Shown in pieces: positions 60,527 through 64,000 of a stretch of DNA of 64,000 bases; within the stretch, counting starts at the first letter, position 1; every line of letters starts with the position of its first letter. Made by a program: the position numbers and the translations under genes. The stretch comes from Nitrospinales bacterium (GTDB taxonomy: Bacteria; Nitrospinota; Nitrospinia; Nitrospinales; VA-1). Under the pieces are notes generated by a model, which saw only the letters and a program-made list of their open reading frames with translations, was not told the DNA's origin and did not search any database. The stretch spans positions 2,304,001 through 2,368,000 of the forward strand of contig OZ253496.1 of the NCBI GenBank assembly GCA_965262115.1, in the 5' to 3' direction.

Positions 60527-61000
60527 CTATTTGGATTTGACAAGGCATTCTTTTTCAAGTTCCTTGCTCACGATATTGTCGCATTTTTTGGGATCGCCTT
60601 GAACCACCCCATAGCAATAGGCCTGGCTATCCCGGTTTAGGATCAGGGTACAGTAATAAATGCTGTGGTCCTTATGTTTGTACCGACTTTCTGGGTTTGA
60701 AATTGGGGTCAGGGCGAGACAAAGGTTTCGCTCATCTTCCTTAGAAAGCTTCCCCGTTGGTTTTGCCGCAGACGAGAACAACCCTGTCTTCTTCATTTCT
60801 GTCATGGGTCCTTGTCCATCAATCACGGTTACCGGATCTACACCCGGGCGTCCCTTTCGAACATCCTGGGTTATTTCATCACAAGCTTTTGTATCCGCAA
60901 TATCAGCCGCCTCCGCAATATCAGCCGCCATGGAGGGTGGAGCTCCAATAAAAAAAGTTAACGATAATACCAACCAACCCATGGCCCTGTTCGTCCACAT
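60527..61000 (-). CDS. exported Cys-rich hypothetical protein
   Basis: Signal peptide, six Cys, GGGAGG RBS. Confidence 0.75.
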   Translation of the reverse strand: MWTNRAMGWLVLSLTFFIGAPPSMAADIAEAADIADTKACDEITQDVRKGRPGVDPVTVIDGQGPMTEMKKTGLFSSAAKPTGKLSKEDERNLCLALTPISNPESRYKHKDHSIYYCTLILNRDSQAYCYGVVQGDPKKCDNIVSKELEKECLVKSK

Positions 61001-61231
61001 ATCAGTCTTCCTCCCAAATGGCCTGTATTTTTATGACATCTGACAAAAAAAGAAATAACGCGATGGTTGTAAGGATACCCTATTTTGCCGGAAAAAACCA
61101 AAAATTGTATTCAAACTATTGAAAATAAATGAACTTATGAAAGCTGGGCGGGTGAGGGTAGAGAACTCGCTGATAAGCGAGCCTTCCCCCTCAAAGATAT
61201 GGGAATGGGTTGAACAATAAACTTAATTTGG

Positions 61232-61336
61232 TTACTTTGTTTCGGCTGGCTTTTTCTTGTGCATGGCTCCAAAAACCACCTTCGCCACAGTACCGACCAT
61301 CAATAGTAATAAAATGATTAAAAAGGTCTCGTTCAT
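61232..61336 (-). CDS. putative 34-aa single-TM small protein
   Basis: MNETFLIILLLLMVGTVAKVVFGAMHKKKPAETK; AAGGA RBS. Confidence 0.55.
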   Translation of the reverse strand: MNETFLIILLLLMVGTVAKVVFGAMHKKKPAETK

Positions 61337-61534
61337 AAGGGTTCCTTGAGTTGAATAATCAATGAGATTTTAAAATTTCCATATCGGAAAATGATCCGAA
61401 AAAATTAGCTTTCCGAAACTTAAATATGGTTTATTGTACCCATTATAATTGTTAAAAATGTTACGGTTATGTCAAAGATTGGTCAATTATTTGCGTTTCG
61501 GATATCCTGAATCCGATTTTGTTTAGGTGATTTC

Positions 61535-61822
61535 ATGAAATCATGGGAAAAGCCGGAAATAAGAAAATATCTTGGGCCGCTATTAGTAGCCGTTGGACTG
61601 GCCTATACCTATCATTCTCATATTACTGGTTGCTCCCGCTATGTCATTTTCGCGGGCTGGGCGCTTGGACCGCCCGTTTGGTTCCTCCTGGAATATGGCC
61701 TGCTGTTTGATGCTGAAAGTGAGGATTTAAACACCTTCAGGCACACCCAAAGCCTTTGCAGAAACCTTTGGTTGGGGTTCCTGGCCTATTTAGCGGCGTT
61801 TTATCTTGGCCAGTGGAATTGA
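61535..61822 (+). CDS. small membrane protein
   Basis: 95 aa, three hydrophobic segments, AGGTG RBS. Confidence 0.7.
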   Translation: MKSWEKPEIRKYLGPLLVAVGLAYTYHSHITGCSRYVIFAGWALGPPVWFLLEYGLLFDAESEDLNTFRHTQSLCRNLWLGFLAYLAAFYLGQWN

Positions 61823-61944
61823 ATCATGGCTCCTTTTTTCTAGATTATACCTCCTAAATTTGTTTATACTAGCCCACTTTATAAAGCCGGAGAATGAATG
61901 TGATAACACTTGGATAGCACCCGGCACAACCCCTGAACTGTTAT

Positions 61945-62712
61945 ATGCGAATTTTAAGCTGGAATGTCAATGGCGTGCGTGCCGCTGTTAAAAAAGGATT
62001 TTTTGACTGGCTGGAATCTGAATCGCCGGATGTGGTGTGTCTGCAGGAAATTAAAGCGCGAACCGAAGACCTTGATGAATCCATACAAAATCCTGTCGGC
62101 TTTCATGTGGTTTGGAACCCGGCCGAGCGCAAGGGATACAGTGGCGTGGCCATTTTTACCAAAAAGAAACCGAAAGCGATTCATAGAGGGATAGGCATTG
62201 AACGGTTCGATGTAGAAGGACGTGTAATTAGAATCGAGTTCAAGGATTTTGATCTGTTCAATGTTTATTTTCCCAATGGCACCAGCGGTTCAGAAAGGCT
62301 GGAATATAAAATGGAGTTTTATGATGCCTTTCTTAATCATTGCGAACAATTGTGGGCCGAGGGCAGAGAGTTGGTGATCACTGGAGATGTGAACACCGCC
62401 CACAAGGCCATTGACTTGAAAAACCCTAAAGCCAATGAAAAAAATTCAGGCTTTTTGCCGGAAGAGAGGGCTTGGGTTGATAAATTTATTTCACATGGGT
62501 ATGTGGACAGCTTCAGGGCGTTTCACCCGGAACCGGATCAATACACCTGGTGGAGCTACCGGTTTAATGTGCGGACTAAAAATATCGGTTGGCGCATTGA
62601 TTATTTTTTTGTCACGGAAAAACTTATGGCAAAGGTTCAAGACTCTTTCATTCAACCGGATGTCATGGGCTCGGACCATTGCCCTATAGGTCTGGATATT
62701 AAGGCCAGATAA
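61945..62712 (+). CDS. xth: exodeoxyribonuclease III
   Basis: SWNVNG, LQEIK, GYSGV, GDVN, GWRIDY, GSDHCP. Confidence 0.96.
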   Translation: MRILSWNVNGVRAAVKKGFFDWLESESPDVVCLQEIKARTEDLDESIQNPVGFHVVWNPAERKGYSGVAIFTKKKPKAIHRGIGIERFDVEGRVIRIEFKDFDLFNVYFPNGTSGSERLEYKMEFYDAFLNHCEQLWAEGRELVITGDVNTAHKAIDLKNPKANEKNSGFLPEERAWVDKFISHGYVDSFRAFHPEPDQYTWWSYRFNVRTKNIGWRIDYFFVTEKLMAKVQDSFIQPDVMGSDHCPIGLDIKAR

Positions 62713-62828
62713 TCGGGATATGCAACGTTTGCGGATTGTCCGCATCTAATTGTTTGCCATCCTGATAAATCGAGTTTCCCAAGCAAGCGTCACAACAAAG
62801 AATCATTTTGAATTGGAGTGGGGATTTT

Positions 62829-64000
62829 ATGGGATTTGAGCTCAACAAAAGTTATAGCGGATTCAAACTGACCCGGAAGAAGGAAATTGACGAGCTGAAA
62901 TCTCTCGGCCTTTTTTTTGAACATGAGGTCACCAAAGCTGAATTGATGGTTCTGGAAAATGATGATGATAACAAGGTGTTCAGCGCGACGTTCAGGACTC
63001 CGCCGGAAAACGATACCGGGATTGCCCATATCCTGGAACACAGTGTTTTATGCGGGTCTAAAAATTTTCCGGTCAAAGAACCCTTTGTCGAGCTTATGAA
63101 AGGAAGTTTGCAGACCTTTCTCAATGCAATGACCTTTCCTGACAAGACCATGTATCCCGTTGCCAGCAGAAACCGGAAAGATTTTTTCAACCTCATGAAT
63201 GTCTATCTGGATGCGGTTTTTTATCCCAATATTTCTGAAGAGACCTTCAAGCAGGAAGGCTGGCATTATGAGTTGAACAGCCCGGAAGATAAAATTGTTT
63301 ATAAAGGAGTGGTGTTCAATGAGATGAAAGGCGAATTCTCCAATCCGGAAAGCTGTATTGATCGCCAGTTGGCCCATTCCCTCTTTCCTTCCACCGCATA
63401 CGGATTTGAATCGGGGGGCGATCCCAAAAACATTCCCGACTTGACATATCGGGACTTCACGGAGTTTCACAGAAAGCATTATCATCCCTCCAACAGCAGA
63501 TTGTTTTTGTATGGAGATGGAGACACCCAAAGCTATCTTGAGTTTTTACAGGAAAAATATTTGAAGGATTTTGGGCTTATGGATATCAACACCTCCATTG
63601 CCCACCAGAGGTCTTTCAGGAAACCGAAAAGAAAATCCATGGCCTACCCGGTTTCCAGCGATGAATCGCTGGAGAAAAAGACCTATGTCCTGGTGGGCTA
63701 CAAGTTGGATAAGGCCATCAACCATGAACATTGCCTTGGGTTCAGCATACTGAGCCATCTCCTGCTGGGGTCTTCCGCGTCTCCTTTGAGAAAAGCCCTC
63801 ATCACTTCCGAGTTGGGCAGTGAAGTCATTGGCGGAGGGTTCGATGACAATCGCGCCGATACCATGTTTGCCGTGGGATTAAAAGGCACAGAGCCTGAGC
63901 ATGAAAACAAGATTCTTGCACTCATAGATTCGACCCTGCGCGAACTGGCGGAAGACGGAATAGAGGAAGATATGATCCTCTCGGCGGTCAATTCTATAGA
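62829..64000 (+). CDS. M16C (PreP/insulinase-like) metallopeptidase, runs off the window end
   Basis: Manual translation MGFELNKSYSGFK...FRTPP..DTGIAHILEHSVLCGS..FPVKEPF (inverted HXXEH); absent from the ORF track because there is no stop in the window. Confidence 0.92.
   Translation, partial: MGFELNKSYSGFKLTRKKEIDELKSLGLFFEHEVTKAELMVLENDDDNKVFSATFRTPPENDTGIAHILEHSVLCGSKNFPVKEPFVELMKGSLQTFLNAMTFPDKTMYPVASRNRKDFFNLMNVYLDAVFYPNISEETFKQEGWHYELNSPEDKIVYKGVVFNEMKGEFSNPESCIDRQLAHSLFPSTAYGFESGGDPKNIPDLTYRDFTEFHRKHYHPSNSRLFLYGDGDTQSYLEFLQEKYLKDFGLMDINTSIAHQRSFRKPKRKSMAYPVSSDESLEKKTYVLVGYKLDKAINHEHCLGFSILSHLLLGSSASPLRKALITSELGSEVIGGGFDDNRADTMFAVGLKGTEPEHENKILALIDSTLRELAEDGIEEDMILSAVNSI

Overview
Bacterial chromosomal window, mostly housekeeping: rplU-rpmA-obgE, HU, def, hsp20, cytochrome c peroxidase, yqeY-dnaG-rpoD-tRNA(CAT), glgC, groES-groEL with a CIRCE-like operator, queF, a complete dcw cluster (mraZ to ftsZ), a ccm cytochrome c maturation operon, oppD/F-type ATPases, xth and a partial M16C peptidase. 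Gene content suggests a Nitrospinota-like or deltaproteobacterial-like organism (inference, not verified). The most interesting signal is intergenic, a layered set of mobile and repeat DNA. (1) An intact IS110/IS621-type element at 22060-23259 whose bridge RNA can be decoded by eye: all four guide segments, the duplicated CT core and the circle-junction promoter are visible. (2) Its target is the hairpin of a 38-40 bp mini-element (GTGA...TTCATGCCCC-GNA-GGGGTA) that I do not recognise. It occurs about 10 times, shows no target duplication and nests inside other repeats and inside itself. (3) Three MITEs with 15-bp TIRs and 9-bp target duplications. (4) glgC is bracketed by ~100-bp inverted repeats, one occupied by the IS110 and the other holding a perfect empty target. 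The 10.6-14.6 kb region holds several decayed genes (in-frame mini-pyruvate kinase, oxyR, a CheY-like gene, UPF0114), a 5x26-bp tandem repeat and a likely leaderless small protein. All calls come from reading the sequence and recognising motifs; no database search was run.
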